A stretch of DNA of 64,000 bases from Dehalococcoidia bacterium. GTDB lineage: Bacteria > Chloroflexota > Dehalococcoidia > Plut-88900. The stretch spans positions 448,307-512,306 of the forward strand of contig CBDFLQ010000006.1 in assembly GCA_965249275.1 (NCBI GenBank), read 5' to 3'. A model generated the notes under the pieces. That model ran no database searches. It saw only the letters and a list, made by a program, of their open reading frames with translations, and was not told the origin of the DNA. The position numbers were made by a program, and so were the translations under genes. The first letter of the stretch is position 1; the number at the start of each line of letters is the position of its first letter. Below, piece by piece: positions 54,851-64,000 of this stretch.

Positions 54851-55321
54851 ATGAGAGTTGAGCAGAGACTAAGCGAGTTAGGTATCACCCTGCCCGAAGT
54901 GAGAACTCCGGTCGGCAACTACGTTCCGAGCGTGAGGACAGGTAACCTTCTCTACGTTTCAGGCCACATCGGCGACCTTAAAGATGCTCTGGGCCAGCTG
55001 GGAACCGACGTAACGGTGGAAGAGGGCTACCAGGCAGCTCGAAAGACGGGCATCGCTCTCCTGGGCACAGTGAAGGGCGCCATCGGGGACTTGGACAAGG
55101 TGAAACAGGTGGTTAAGCTGCTGTGCATGGTTAACGGCGCCGTTGGGTTCGCTAAGCACCCGGCGGTGGCTAATGGGTGCTCCGACCTTCTGGTCGAGGT
55201 GTTCGGGGAAAAGGGCCGGCATGCCAGGTCGGCCGTGGGTTTCTCTGGGCTCCCAGGTAACGGTTGCATCGAGATCGAGATGATCCTCGAAATCGAAGAT
55301 GAGGACTCCATCACGTATTAG
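54851..55321 (+). CDS. RidA/YjgF-family protein
   Basis: ATG at 54851 preceded by GGAGG. LYVSGHIG and the C-terminal GCIEIEMILE pattern. Confidence 0.75.
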   Translation: MRVEQRLSELGITLPEVRTPVGNYVPSVRTGNLLYVSGHIGDLKDALGQLGTDVTVEEGYQAARKTGIALLGTVKGAIGDLDKVKQVVKLLCMVNGAVGFAKHPAVANGCSDLLVEVFGEKGRHARSAVGFSGLPGNGCIEIEMILEIEDEDSITY

Positions 55322-55359
55322 TGGCAGTTGCCTCCGCCCTCCTGAAATAACACTCAATC

Positions 55360-55393
55360 GGGGTAGGCGCTAAGCGCCTACCCCGATTTTGTT
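55360..55393 (+). terminator. Intrinsic terminator between convergent genes
   Basis: GGGGTAGGCGC-TAA-GCGCCTACCCC followed by GATTTTGTT. Confidence 0.8.
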
Positions 55394-55411
55394 AAAGTTA
55401 ACGTCCCGGCC

Positions 55412-58090
55412 CTAACGTGCCATAAGCCGCCGCAGCACGTACTGTAAAACTCCCCCGTGCCTGTAGTAGTCCAATTCTACAGGGACGTCGATCCGAGCGA
55501 TTACGGGGAAGGTCTTAACAGTCCCGTCATCGGCAGTCGCGGTGACGCTAAGCTCCTTGCCCACCGTGAGCCCGTCGGCTATCCCATCTATGTCGTACGT
55601 TTCTTCGCCGGTGAGTCCTAAGCTATCCGCGCTGTCCCCGGACTTGTACTGAAGCGGCAGTACTCCCATGCCAACAAGGTTACTGCGATGAATCCTCTCG
55701 TAGCTTTCCGCAAGCGTTGCTTTTATGCCCAGCAGGTAAGGCCCTTTCGCCGCCCAGTCCCGAGAGCTCCCCGAGCCGTACTCTTTCCCGGCCAGCACCA
55801 GGGTTGGCACACCTTCCCGTTTATACTCCTCCGACGCCTCGTATATGTTCATGTCCATCCCGTCAGGCAGGTGCCGCGTCCATCCTCCCTCCGTGCCCGG
55901 GGCGAGCTGGTTTCTCAGCCTCACATTGGCAAAAGTGCCCCGCATCATCACCTCGTGATTCCCCCGCCGAGCCCCGTATGCGTTGAACTGTGCAACCGGG
56001 ACGTTCTTATCGGTAAGGTAGTAGCCGGCCGGGCTCTTAGCCTGGATCCCTCCTGCCGGCGAGATGTGGTCCGTCGTGATAGAGTCGCCAACCTTGACCA
56101 GCACTCTGGCCCTTGTTATGTCTTGAGTCTCTGATGGGGCATCAGGCAGGTTGCGGAAGATCGGGAGTTCCTTCACGTATGTCGAGTCCCGATCCCATTG
56201 ATATATGGCCCCTTCAGGTACGGGCAACTCCCGCCATCTCTGGTCCCCTTCGAAAACTTTGCCATATCTGTCTCTAAAAATCTCGGGATTCAGGGCCGCT
56301 GCCAGAGTTTCCCTCACTTCCTGCTGACTGGGCCAAAGGTCTTTCAAATATACGGGTTGACCATCAGCACCTGTGCCAAGGGGTTCCGTGGTCAGATCGA
56401 TGTCCACCCGACCCGCCAGCGCAAACGCTACGACAAGCATAGGCGAGGCCAGATAGTTAGCCTTGACCGCGGGATGCACCCGACCCTCGAAGTTCCGATT
56501 CCCGCTCAGCACCGAGGCCGCTATCAGATCACCTTGCGCAATGTCTGCGGAGACCGACTCCGATAAAGGCCCGCTGTTTCCTATGCAGGTGGTACACCCA
56601 TACCCAACTATGTGAAACCGCAGATCTTCCAGATATTTCAGCACCCCCGACGCAGAGAGGTAATCTTCAACGACCCGGGACCCGGGAGCCATGCTCGTTT
56701 TCACCCAAGGCTTCGTCTCCAACCCTCGCTCGACCGCATTCTTAGCCAGCAGCCCCGCACCCACCATCACCGAGGGATTCGATGTGTTGGTACAGCTGGT
56801 TATGGCGGCAATAACCACCGACCCGTGGTCTAGTCCATCTTGCGATGCACTTCCGTTTGAGGCAGTACCCTCCTTACCGTACACCTTGCCCAAGTTGTCT
56901 ACGAACGCCTCTTTCATATCCCGTAGTCTCACCTTGTCCTGGGGCCTCTTAGGCCCGGCCAGGCTCGGCTCAACATGGGAGAGGTCTAATTCCAATAGGT
57001 CGGTGAAAAGAGGTTCAGGTGAATCGTCGGTCCTGAATACACCTTGGGCCTTGGAATACTCCTCCACTAGGCTGACCTGATCTTTCTCCCGCCCGGTCCC
57101 CGACAGATAGGCCAAGGTCTCGGAGTCTACCGGGAAGTACCCGACGGTAGCACCGTATTCAGGTGCCATGTTCGCAATGGTCGCTCTGTCCGGCAGAGAC
57201 AAGTTGGAGAGACCGGTGCCGCAGAACTCCACGAACTTCCCGACCACGCCCCTCTGCCGCAGCATCTGCACAACCGTAAGCACCAGGTCTGTAGCTGTAG
57301 CCCCTTCCGGCAAGGCTCCTGTCAGCCGAAACCCAACCACATCCGGCAAGAGCATGTAATAGGGCTGGCCGAGCAATACAGCCTCTGCTTCAATTCCACC
57401 CACGCCCCACCCCAAAACCCCGAGCCCGTTTATCATCGTAGTGTGCGAGTCGGTGCCGATGAGTGTATCGGGGAAGGCCGTTCTCTCACTGTCTGAGCCC
57501 CGAGAGGCCACCACGGTTGCTAGATATTCCAGGTTGACCTGGTGGACTATGCCCGCCCCGGGTGGCACGACGCGCAGGTTGTCAAATGCCGACTGCGCCC
57601 AACGCAGAAGTCCGTACCTCTCCCCATTGCGTCCGTACTCTCGGTCGACGTTTCGAGCCAATGCCGTAGACGTGCCCGCAAAGTCAACTTGGACTGAGTG
57701 GTCAATCACGAGGTCCACTGGGACAATGGGATTGATCTGCTGGGGGTCACCGCCCCGCCTCGCGACCTCGGCCCGCATCGCCGTCAGGTCCACGACGGCA
57801 GGCACTCCGGTAAAGTCCTGCATCAATACGCGGGACGGCATAAATGGAATGTCTGCCCGAACGGCGTCCTTGGGAGCCCACCTCCCAACCGTTTCCACAT
57901 CGTCCCAAGTGACCGTGCCGTTCCCTGAATGTCTGAGGACATTCTCCAGCAATACCCTTATGGTGAACGGCAGCGACGCAAGGTCTATATTGAGTTCTTT
58001 GGCCGCTGCTTTAAGGTCGTAGTAGGTGAAGGGCCCGTTGGGTATGTCGAGGGTTTTCTTTGCCTGGAATAAGTCGCGATTATCTGTCAT
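55412..58090 (-). CDS. acnA: Aconitate hydratase A
   Basis: 892 aa. IGTDSHTTM, ITSCTNTSNP, GCTTCIGNSG Fe-S ligand motifs. Confidence 0.95.
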   Translation of the reverse strand: MTDNRDLFQAKKTLDIPNGPFTYYDLKAAAKELNIDLASLPFTIRVLLENVLRHSGNGTVTWDDVETVGRWAPKDAVRADIPFMPSRVLMQDFTGVPAVVDLTAMRAEVARRGGDPQQINPIVPVDLVIDHSVQVDFAGTSTALARNVDREYGRNGERYGLLRWAQSAFDNLRVVPPGAGIVHQVNLEYLATVVASRGSDSERTAFPDTLIGTDSHTTMINGLGVLGWGVGGIEAEAVLLGQPYYMLLPDVVGFRLTGALPEGATATDLVLTVVQMLRQRGVVGKFVEFCGTGLSNLSLPDRATIANMAPEYGATVGYFPVDSETLAYLSGTGREKDQVSLVEEYSKAQGVFRTDDSPEPLFTDLLELDLSHVEPSLAGPKRPQDKVRLRDMKEAFVDNLGKVYGKEGTASNGSASQDGLDHGSVVIAAITSCTNTSNPSVMVGAGLLAKNAVERGLETKPWVKTSMAPGSRVVEDYLSASGVLKYLEDLRFHIVGYGCTTCIGNSGPLSESVSADIAQGDLIAASVLSGNRNFEGRVHPAVKANYLASPMLVVAFALAGRVDIDLTTEPLGTGADGQPVYLKDLWPSQQEVRETLAAALNPEIFRDRYGKVFEGDQRWRELPVPEGAIYQWDRDSTYVKELPIFRNLPDAPSETQDITRARVLVKVGDSITTDHISPAGGIQAKSPAGYYLTDKNVPVAQFNAYGARRGNHEVMMRGTFANVRLRNQLAPGTEGGWTRHLPDGMDMNIYEASEEYKREGVPTLVLAGKEYGSGSSRDWAAKGPYLLGIKATLAESYERIHRSNLVGMGVLPLQYKSGDSADSLGLTGEETYDIDGIADGLTVGKELSVTATADDGTVKTFPVIARIDVPVELDYYRHGGVLQYVLRRLMAR

Positions 58091-58172
58091 ATGAGTCTCG
58101 TTTAAGAAGATTTTGGGCAGGTTCTCGGGCCTGATGCCAGCGACGGTGAGTATATCACGGAGACCGGGGTGG

Positions 58173-59549
58173 CTATGTTAATCCACGCTCCACGTCAGTA
58201 AGCACCCGATCTACTCTCTCCACCACAAAGTCAATCTCCTCACGCGTAACGATCAGGGGAGGAATCAGGAATATGATGTCGCCCCTCTGGCGAGCCAGGA
58301 GCCCGTGGCGCAGAAACGCCGCCGTGACCTTTCGCCCCAGGCCGACGTCTGCAGGGAACCGCTCTCTCGTGTCCCGGTCCTTGACCAGCTCTATTCCGCA
58401 GAGCAACCCTAGACCCCCCCGCACGTCCCCGACTATGGGATGCTCGTAAAGTGTCTGGAGCTGATCAAACAGGTATGACCCCATTGTCGCGGAGTTCTCG
58501 ACCAGGCCTTCTCTTTCCACGATGTCTAGGTTGGCCAACGCCGCGGCGCAGGCCGCCGGATGACCGCCAAAGGTAAAAATGTGCCGGAACATCTCTCTGT
58601 CCCCACCTATGAACGTGTCTGCAACACGCTTGGAGGCTATCGCCGCGCCGATGGGCTGGTACCCACTCGAAAGCCCCTTGGCCCCGACCAGTATGTCCGG
58701 CACGAGACCCCAGTGGTCCGATGCGAACATCTTCCCCGTTCTGCCAAACCCCGTCACCACTTCGTCTGCAATGATCAGGACCCCATATCGGTCGCATATC
58801 GACCTCACTGTGGGCCAGTAGTCTGGATGAGGAACAGTGCAAGTTGCCGCCGAGAGCGGCTCAGCCACGAAAGCGGCCACCAGCTCGGGGCCCTCGTCGA
58901 GGATCGCCCTCTCGACGTCCTGACCGCATTCCAGGGTACAGTCACCTAGTTGGCTGCAATACAAGCACCGGTACGGGTTGGGCATGGATATGTGGACGTT
59001 GCCCGGCATCAGAGGCCCGAAGTCCTTATCCCCCGCCCCGGCCCCGCCTCCCAGGCTGATAGTCGCCAGAGTGCCTCCGTGATAGGAACCTGTCCGGCTA
59101 ATAACTTTGTATCGGCCCGGCTCACCCCTCAACTTGTGGTACTTCTTAGCCATCTTCAAGGCCGTTTCGATACCTTCCGAGCCGCCGCTTACTAGAAATA
59201 CACGAGAGTCTTTGTCCGGGGCCAGGGCCGCAAGTCTATCGCTGAGGCGAATGGTCGGCTCACTGGTCGTGTGCTCGGGGGCATAGCTTAACTTGAGTAG
59301 CTGCTCGTAAACGGCTTCGGCTATCTCCTTCCGGCCATACCCAACGTTCTGCAACTGCATCCCGGATATAAGGTCGAAATAGCGGTTGCCTTGAATGTCC
59401 TCCACCCAGCACCCCTCCCCCTTCTCGACAACGTGAAGGCCGCCGGGCAGCGATAGCTCGGCCACCTGCTGGGAGTGTGGCCAGAAATGCTCGACGGCCA
59501 TTTGCTGCAGCCTGTCGAATTGCTCGGATGGGCTTGAGGAAGAGGCCAT
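58173..59549 (-). CDS. Class III (omega-type) PLP aminotransferase
   Basis: 458 aa. LIIADEVVTGFGRTGKMFA. Confidence 0.85.
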   Translation of the reverse strand: MASSSSPSEQFDRLQQMAVEHFWPHSQQVAELSLPGGLHVVEKGEGCWVEDIQGNRYFDLISGMQLQNVGYGRKEIAEAVYEQLLKLSYAPEHTTSEPTIRLSDRLAALAPDKDSRVFLVSGGSEGIETALKMAKKYHKLRGEPGRYKVISRTGSYHGGTLATISLGGGAGAGDKDFGPLMPGNVHISMPNPYRCLYCSQLGDCTLECGQDVERAILDEGPELVAAFVAEPLSAATCTVPHPDYWPTVRSICDRYGVLIIADEVVTGFGRTGKMFASDHWGLVPDILVGAKGLSSGYQPIGAAIASKRVADTFIGGDREMFRHIFTFGGHPAACAAALANLDIVEREGLVENSATMGSYLFDQLQTLYEHPIVGDVRGGLGLLCGIELVKDRDTRERFPADVGLGRKVTAAFLRHGLLARQRGDIIFLIPPLIVTREEIDFVVERVDRVLTDVERGLT

Positions 59550-59642
59550 AATGATGCTCCTTGAGCGGCGGCGACCAAAGCTATCCGCGACAAAGGACGC
59601 AGTTTAACCGATGAGGGAACAAGGGTGTGACCAAACGAATAA

Positions 59643-59768
59643 GGCACCCGGCAGCGTCCTATTTTCCACGGAGGGTTGCCCCTCTAGTATCGTCGGCGCA
59701 GAGGTGTTTCACTTCCGTGTTCGGAATGAGAACGGGTGGGCCCACCTCGCTATAGCCACCGCAGTGCC
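59643..59768 (-). rRNA. rrf: 5S ribosomal RNA
   Basis: The reverse complement reads ...GCGAGGUGGGCCCACCCGUUCUCAUUCCGAACACGGAAGUGAAACACCUCUGCGCCGACGAUACU..., with helix I CGGUGGC/GCUGCCG. Ends are good to about 5 nt. Confidence 0.9.
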
Positions 59769-59783
59769 TTTATTCAGAACAGA

Positions 59784-59812
59784 ATTTTACCAGCCCACCG
59801 ATTTCGGGTCAA
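59784..59812 (-). promoter_or_regulatory. Sigma70-type promoter for the 5S gene (TTGACC-17 nt-TAAAAT)
   Basis: On the minus strand, TTGACC at 59812-59807 and TAAAAT at 59789-59784, about 20 nt upstream of the 5S 5' end. Confidence 0.6.
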
Positions 59813-59927
59813 CCACCAGCGCAGCTACGGCAATCCCAACCGTTAGTTCTCATTCCGCAACCCTGAACAAGGGGCGACGTTCTTTAGAGTGTGCTGGTCC
59901 CTATGCGTGCCAGTAAGAAAGGGTGGC

Positions 59928-60221
59928 TCACTCCATCTGATCGATCAGCTCCACGGCCCGAGCCTTGGGGAATGCCTTGAGCGTCGTGAAGCGGATATTC
60001 CCCTCCCTACCCGTCCCCATGGAGAACTTGAGCATAGTCTCGTCATCAGGAAACTCGAATATGCCCACGAAGTCGTACATACCGAGGGTGAAGTGGATGG
60101 ATTCAATCTTGCCGCCCATCGCCTCCACCCTTGCAGCGGCGCCCGCCATCCTGTCAGGGGCTGCCTTGACAGCCTGAACGCCCTTGTCAGTGTAGTTACC
60201 TAATACCACGTAGTTCGGCAT
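59928..60221 (-). CDS. GYD-domain protein
   Basis: 97 aa. MPNYVVLGNYTDKG...GMYDFVGIFEFPDDE. Confidence 0.8.
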   Translation of the reverse strand: MPNYVVLGNYTDKGVQAVKAAPDRMAGAAARVEAMGGKIESIHFTLGMYDFVGIFEFPDDETMLKFSMGTGREGNIRFTTLKAFPKARAVELIDQME

Positions 60222-60285
60222 TTGATGCTCCTCATGTTGGTCACTGTCATGGTTTAGTACGTAGCTTCTCTATTCGATCAACGCC

Positions 60286-61347
60286 TTACCCCGGGCTCGC
60301 AAAGGCCAGGGCCCGAGCCGGATTCCCGACCATTACTTGGTCGATCTCCTCCGTCAGAAAACCCTTGCGTCGCATGATGGGCTTAACGTTTTCCAGGATA
60401 TGCGCATATCCGTGGCCCCCATATTTAGTGAGACGGTGCTTGTTGCAAATATCCTGGGCCATCAGGACCTGACCCAGCCGACCTTCGTCCCGAAGATGCA
60501 TGAAAAAGTCCAGCCTTTTGCCATCGTTGGGCATGTCTATGGGTGAGAACGGGTAGAAGGTCGTCTCGGAACCAAAAAGGTCGAACTCTATAAAGCAACC
60601 GGTCTCGGCGAGCTTGTCCAAGGTGTCGTTGTCGAAGATTGTGCGATCGACGTGGCTCATTATCGTACGGGTAGGGTCGCCACCCGACTCCCGGACTATC
60701 TCCATTATTTCCAACGGCGCCTGAGGGTTACGCCCTGGATGAATCAACAGGGGAGCCCCGGTTAACCGCTGGGCCCGAGCCGCGGCCCGCAGGCTCTTTC
60801 GCTCGTTCTCCTCCAAGGGCCACGAGCACCCCACCTCCCCAATCACCCCCGACCTGATACCCGTGTCCCCAACACCCTCTGTAATATCGGAGACAATCTC
60901 TTCCACAATCTCATCTTCCGATTTGTCTACGATATTGCTGGGGTGATAATCATGGACGTAGTAGCCGGAGCCCATTATCACGTTTAGCCCCGTCGCCCGG
61001 GCTATTCGTGCCAGGCCCAGCGGGTCCCGCTTAATGCCAACGCTGGTAGCATCGACGATTGTCTGGCCCCCTGACTTCTTGAACCGGGCTGCCTCGGCGA
61101 TGGCAGTATCCTCGTCCAGCAGCTCCATATTGTCCTTGTTGCCGCCATAGTTATAGCGGATCCACCACAGGTTATCCGAGGAGACCGGCTGGTAGGCAAA
61201 GGAGTAGCTGGTTGCGTCATCCGGGGCACTAAACGTAGACCCAAGATCGACTAGTAAGTGCTCGTGGGTGAGGGCTATTCCAAGTTCCTCTGCGGGCACG
61301 GGGCCCAGAACGGTTTGAGCTTTTCCCATCAAGTTGGATTCAGACAT
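60286..61347 (-). CDS. Phosphotriesterase-related hydrolase, fourth and more divergent paralog
   Basis: 353 aa. LTHEHLL, GEVGCSWPL, LLIHPGR, SHVDR, AQDI. About 55% identical to the tandem trio by eye. Confidence 0.85.
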   Translation of the reverse strand: MSESNLMGKAQTVLGPVPAEELGIALTHEHLLVDLGSTFSAPDDATSYSFAYQPVSSDNLWWIRYNYGGNKDNMELLDEDTAIAEAARFKKSGGQTIVDATSVGIKRDPLGLARIARATGLNVIMGSGYYVHDYHPSNIVDKSEDEIVEEIVSDITEGVGDTGIRSGVIGEVGCSWPLEENERKSLRAAARAQRLTGAPLLIHPGRNPQAPLEIMEIVRESGGDPTRTIMSHVDRTIFDNDTLDKLAETGCFIEFDLFGSETTFYPFSPIDMPNDGKRLDFFMHLRDEGRLGQVLMAQDICNKHRLTKYGGHGYAHILENVKPIMRRKGFLTEEIDQVMVGNPARALAFASPG

Positions 61348-61453
61348 ACGTCATCCTCGGTTTCTGCAGGGTACCCAATGCCGGAGCCGTGCCCTGCGAC
61401 ACACCTGGGACTTTCGCAACGGTAAACCGTGCGGTTCAGGCGGAAGGCGGCAG

Positions 61454-62752
61454 TTAACCGCGGGCCTGGTCCAGGGAGTAGTCCATCGCCTCGATAGTCT
61501 TCGCCACGTCCTCGTCGGAGTGGGCGCTGGCTATGTAGTACTTGGAGTCTCCCTTGAGCACTCCCGACTCCAGCATGGCGTGGTTGAACCGGGACATCAT
61601 GGCTTTGTCCGCTTTAAGAGTGTCACGATAGTTGTTCACCTCGTCCACCCCGAAGTACACGTCGAAGCAAGGCGCTTCCCCTACAACCGTGCCCTGGATC
61701 TCCTTCTCCTTCAGCATACGGTCAAGCTCGGCCATCAGCTTGTTGCCCGTCTCCCAAATCCGGTCTACCCCACCCTCCCCCTTTAGGATCTTAAGGGTCG
61801 CCATGCCGGCTGTTGCCGCTATGGGGTTGCCGCTCAGCGTGCCGACCCCAGGTACGAAGGTGCCTTCTTCTTTGGACACGGGGTCAAAGACCCGCATGAT
61901 TTCCTCTCGACCCGCTACCGCGGACAGCGGATACCCGCCTCCCACTGCTTTACCGAAGGTGGCCATGTCGGGCGTAACGCCGTAGTACTCCTGTGCGCCG
62001 CCGTAAGACCACCGAAATCCGGTTACAACTTCATCGAAAATCAAGGGAATCTGGTAGTGGCGAGTTATCTCTCGCAATCCTTGCAGGAAGCCGGGCTTGG
62101 GAGGAATGATGCGCTGGCAGCACTCCGTGATAACTGCGCCCAGCTCATCGTGGTGCTTTTCTATCACTGCCTGCGTGGTCTCGAGGTCGTTGAATGGGCA
62201 GACCAGGACCTCGTTCTCAAGGACGGCGGGGATGCCGGCGGAGTTTCGGCTGGGTCGCGGGAACTCCCTCATCTCCGTCGGGGTTACGCTCATCAGGGCG
62301 TAGTCGTTGGTACCGTGGTATCCACCCTCGAACTTCAGGATCTTGTCACGGCCCCGGAAAGCCCGAGCCGCTTTCATTGCGAAATAGGTTGCCTCGGAGC
62401 CGCTGGAGAGGAACCGCACCTGCTCTGCGCACGGGATGGCGTTGACCATCTCCTCCGCCAACTCTACCGCGGCGCCGTTAGTCGAAAAGTAGGTGCTCCC
62501 CTTGCCTATGACCTCCATTACTGCCGCTACTACGTCCGGGTGCGAGTGTCCTACCAGCATCGGCCCTGAGCCCAACAGGAAGTCGATGTACTCGTTGCCG
62601 CTGTAGTCCCAGACCTTGGAGCCCAATGCCTCCTTGATGATCATGGCGTCATCGGGCTTGAAGAATATGTTGCCAGTCGAACCTCCAGGGAGGTACTTCG
62701 CGGCTTTTGCCAGAATAGCTTCCTCTTCGGCTGTCCTCTTCTGTCTCGACAT
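61454..62752 (-). CDS. Class III PLP aminotransferase/aminomutase (glutamate-1-semialdehyde aminomutase-like)
   Basis: LIFDEVVTGFRWSYGG...FGKAVGGGYPLSAV. The start is moved to the ATG at 62752 (MSRQKR, GAGGGGGG upstream). Confidence 0.8.
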   Translation of the reverse strand: MSRQKRTAEEEAILAKAAKYLPGGSTGNIFFKPDDAMIIKEALGSKVWDYSGNEYIDFLLGSGPMLVGHSHPDVVAAVMEVIGKGSTYFSTNGAAVELAEEMVNAIPCAEQVRFLSSGSEATYFAMKAARAFRGRDKILKFEGGYHGTNDYALMSVTPTEMREFPRPSRNSAGIPAVLENEVLVCPFNDLETTQAVIEKHHDELGAVITECCQRIIPPKPGFLQGLREITRHYQIPLIFDEVVTGFRWSYGGAQEYYGVTPDMATFGKAVGGGYPLSAVAGREEIMRVFDPVSKEEGTFVPGVGTLSGNPIAATAGMATLKILKGEGGVDRIWETGNKLMAELDRMLKEKEIQGTVVGEAPCFDVYFGVDEVNNYRDTLKADKAMMSRFNHAMLESGVLKGDSKYYIASAHSDEDVAKTIEAMDYSLDQARG

Positions 62753-62855
62753 TGTTCCCCCCTCAGGGTTGAATTTGCACATAGAATATCACGGTGGACA
62801 ACCATTGATAAACTGGTCTTTACTAGCTATGACTGCGCAGGACAGGTCCCAGGTC

Positions 62856-62884
62856 TTGACACCCTCCTACCCCTTACCTATGTT
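62856..62884 (+). promoter_or_regulatory. Sigma70-type promoter for bcp (TTGACA-17 nt-TATGTT)
   Basis: TTGACA at 62856-62861 and TATGTT at 62879-62884. AAGGAGG RBS ahead of the ATG at 62921. Confidence 0.55.
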
Positions 62885-62920
62885 TAACCCTGCCCGCACG
62901 CAACAAGGAGGAAGTACATC

Positions 62921-63373
62921 ATGCTTAAAGCCGGAGACCCGGCCCCCGATTTCGAGGCCGTACTAGACAGTGGAGATAAAGTCTCGCTTAACCAGTTCAG
63001 GGGCAAGAACGTGGTCCTCTATTTCTATCCGAAAGACAACACTCCCGGTTGCACGAGGGAAGCATGCGACTTCCGGGACAACATCTCGTCCCTCGAAGAT
63101 AAAAACACCGTAGTCCTCGGCGTCAGCCCCGACAGCGTGAAGTCCCACCAGAAATTCAAGGACAAGTTCGACCTGCCCTTCCCTCTCATCAGCGACGAGG
63201 CCAAGGACGTGGCACAGGCCTTCGGCGTTTGGCGGGAAAAGAAGATGTACGGCAAGACCCGTATGGGAATCGTACGTTCCACCTTCATAATTGGCCCGGA
63301 TGGGTTGATTGCCAAAGCCTACGACTCCGTCAAAGTCGCCGGCCACGTCGAGGATGTAATCGCCAGTTTGTAA
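62921..63373 (+). CDS. bcp: Thiol peroxidase (peroxiredoxin Bcp)
   Basis: 150 aa. FYPKDNTPGCTREAC active-site motif. Confidence 0.9.
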   Translation: MLKAGDPAPDFEAVLDSGDKVSLNQFRGKNVVLYFYPKDNTPGCTREACDFRDNISSLEDKNTVVLGVSPDSVKSHQKFKDKFDLPFPLISDEAKDVAQAFGVWREKKMYGKTRMGIVRSTFIIGPDGLIAKAYDSVKVAGHVEDVIASL

Positions 63374-63406
63374 TGGCGCTGCCTACCCTTTTAATCGGAG
63401 GACAAC

Positions 63407-64000
63407 ATGAGACCAAACAAAATTAAACAGTTATGGCGTGAGGGTAAACCCGCTGCAATAGCCTGGGTCGGCAGTGCAGACACGTACATGGCTGAGGTCC
63501 TGGCCAACGTGGGCCTCGACGCCCTGGTCCTCGACATGCAGCACGGCATGGGCATCGGGCCCGACAGAGCTGCCCAGTGGTTCCAGGCAGTGAGCACCAC
63601 CGGCACCGTGCCCTTAGCCCGCGTGCCTTGGAACGACCCGGTGTGGTTCCAGTGGGTGTTGGATGCGGGCGCCTATGGGGTTATCGTTCCTTTGGTGAAC
63701 AATGGTGAAGAGGCCGCTAAAGCCGGAATGTCCTGCCGTTACCCGCCAATAGGGTTCCGCAGCATCGGCCCAAACCGGGCTCCCCTTTACGCCGGCTCCG
63801 ACTATCTCGCCCACGCCAACGAAGAAATCATTTGCCTAGTCATGGTCGAGAACATCAACACCATCCCTAACCTGGAGGAAATGGCCAAGGCACCCGGTAT
63901 CGATGGCTTCTACATCGGCCCCGCCGACCTTGCCATATCCATGGGAGTCGACCCCAGGAAATACCAGGGAAGCAAGGAGCACGCTGAGGCATCTCAGAAG
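63407..64000 (+). CDS. HpcH/HpaI-family aldolase (partial, runs off the window)
   Basis: ATG at 63407 preceded by GGAGG, with 198 codons open to the window edge. Not in the ORF track because there is no stop. LVLDMQHG, PLARVPWND and VMVEN...GFYIGPADL motifs. Confidence 0.75.
   Translation, partial: MRPNKIKQLWREGKPAAIAWVGSADTYMAEVLANVGLDALVLDMQHGMGIGPDRAAQWFQAVSTTGTVPLARVPWNDPVWFQWVLDAGAYGVIVPLVNNGEEAAKAGMSCRYPPIGFRSIGPNRAPLYAGSDYLAHANEEIICLVMVENINTIPNLEEMAKAPGIDGFYIGPADLAISMGVDPRKYQGSKEHAEASQK

Overview
The window is a gene-dense stretch (about 90% coding) of roughly 58-60% GC by eye. It looks like the chromosome of a free-living heterotroph. The gene content is consistent with a marine Chloroflexota, possibly SAR202-like, but this is inference only and no search was run. 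That content includes several LLM (luciferase-like) flavin/F420 oxidoreductases, four phosphotriesterase-related hydrolases, three amidohydrolase_2 paralogs, three MFS paralogs, and lipoprotein-type binding proteins with Pro/Thr linkers. Housekeeping genes present are addB-addA, amt, acnA, bcp, tRNA-Leu(UAG) and an isolated 5S rRNA gene. I saw no transposase, integrase, CRISPR array or phage genes.

The most unusual signal is a pair of divergent, ORF-less elements of about 660 nt at 12.8-13.5 kb and 51.8-52.5 kb. Each sits behind a near-consensus sigma70-type promoter. They share conserved sequence blocks in which the reading frame is not conserved, a 16-bp long-range helix closing a domain of about 400 nt, and a hairpin with compensatory stem changes. 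Together these suggest a large structured RNA that I cannot assign to any family I know.

Other points of interest:
- A mosaic family of hairpin-forming intergenic repeats that shares a 13-mer with those two elements.
- A tandem LLM duplication carrying a transglutaminase gene stub whose substitutions are mostly synonymous.
- A translationally coupled operon of three phosphotriesterase-like genes followed by an LLM gene and a crotonase gene.
- A ferritin-like diiron protein pair in which one partner has lost all four carboxylate ligands, placed divergently from a MOP-type molybdenum enzyme.
- An orphan 5S rRNA gene with its own promoter and an inverted 5S-like fragment upstream.

All functional calls come from motif recognition by eye; no database search was run.
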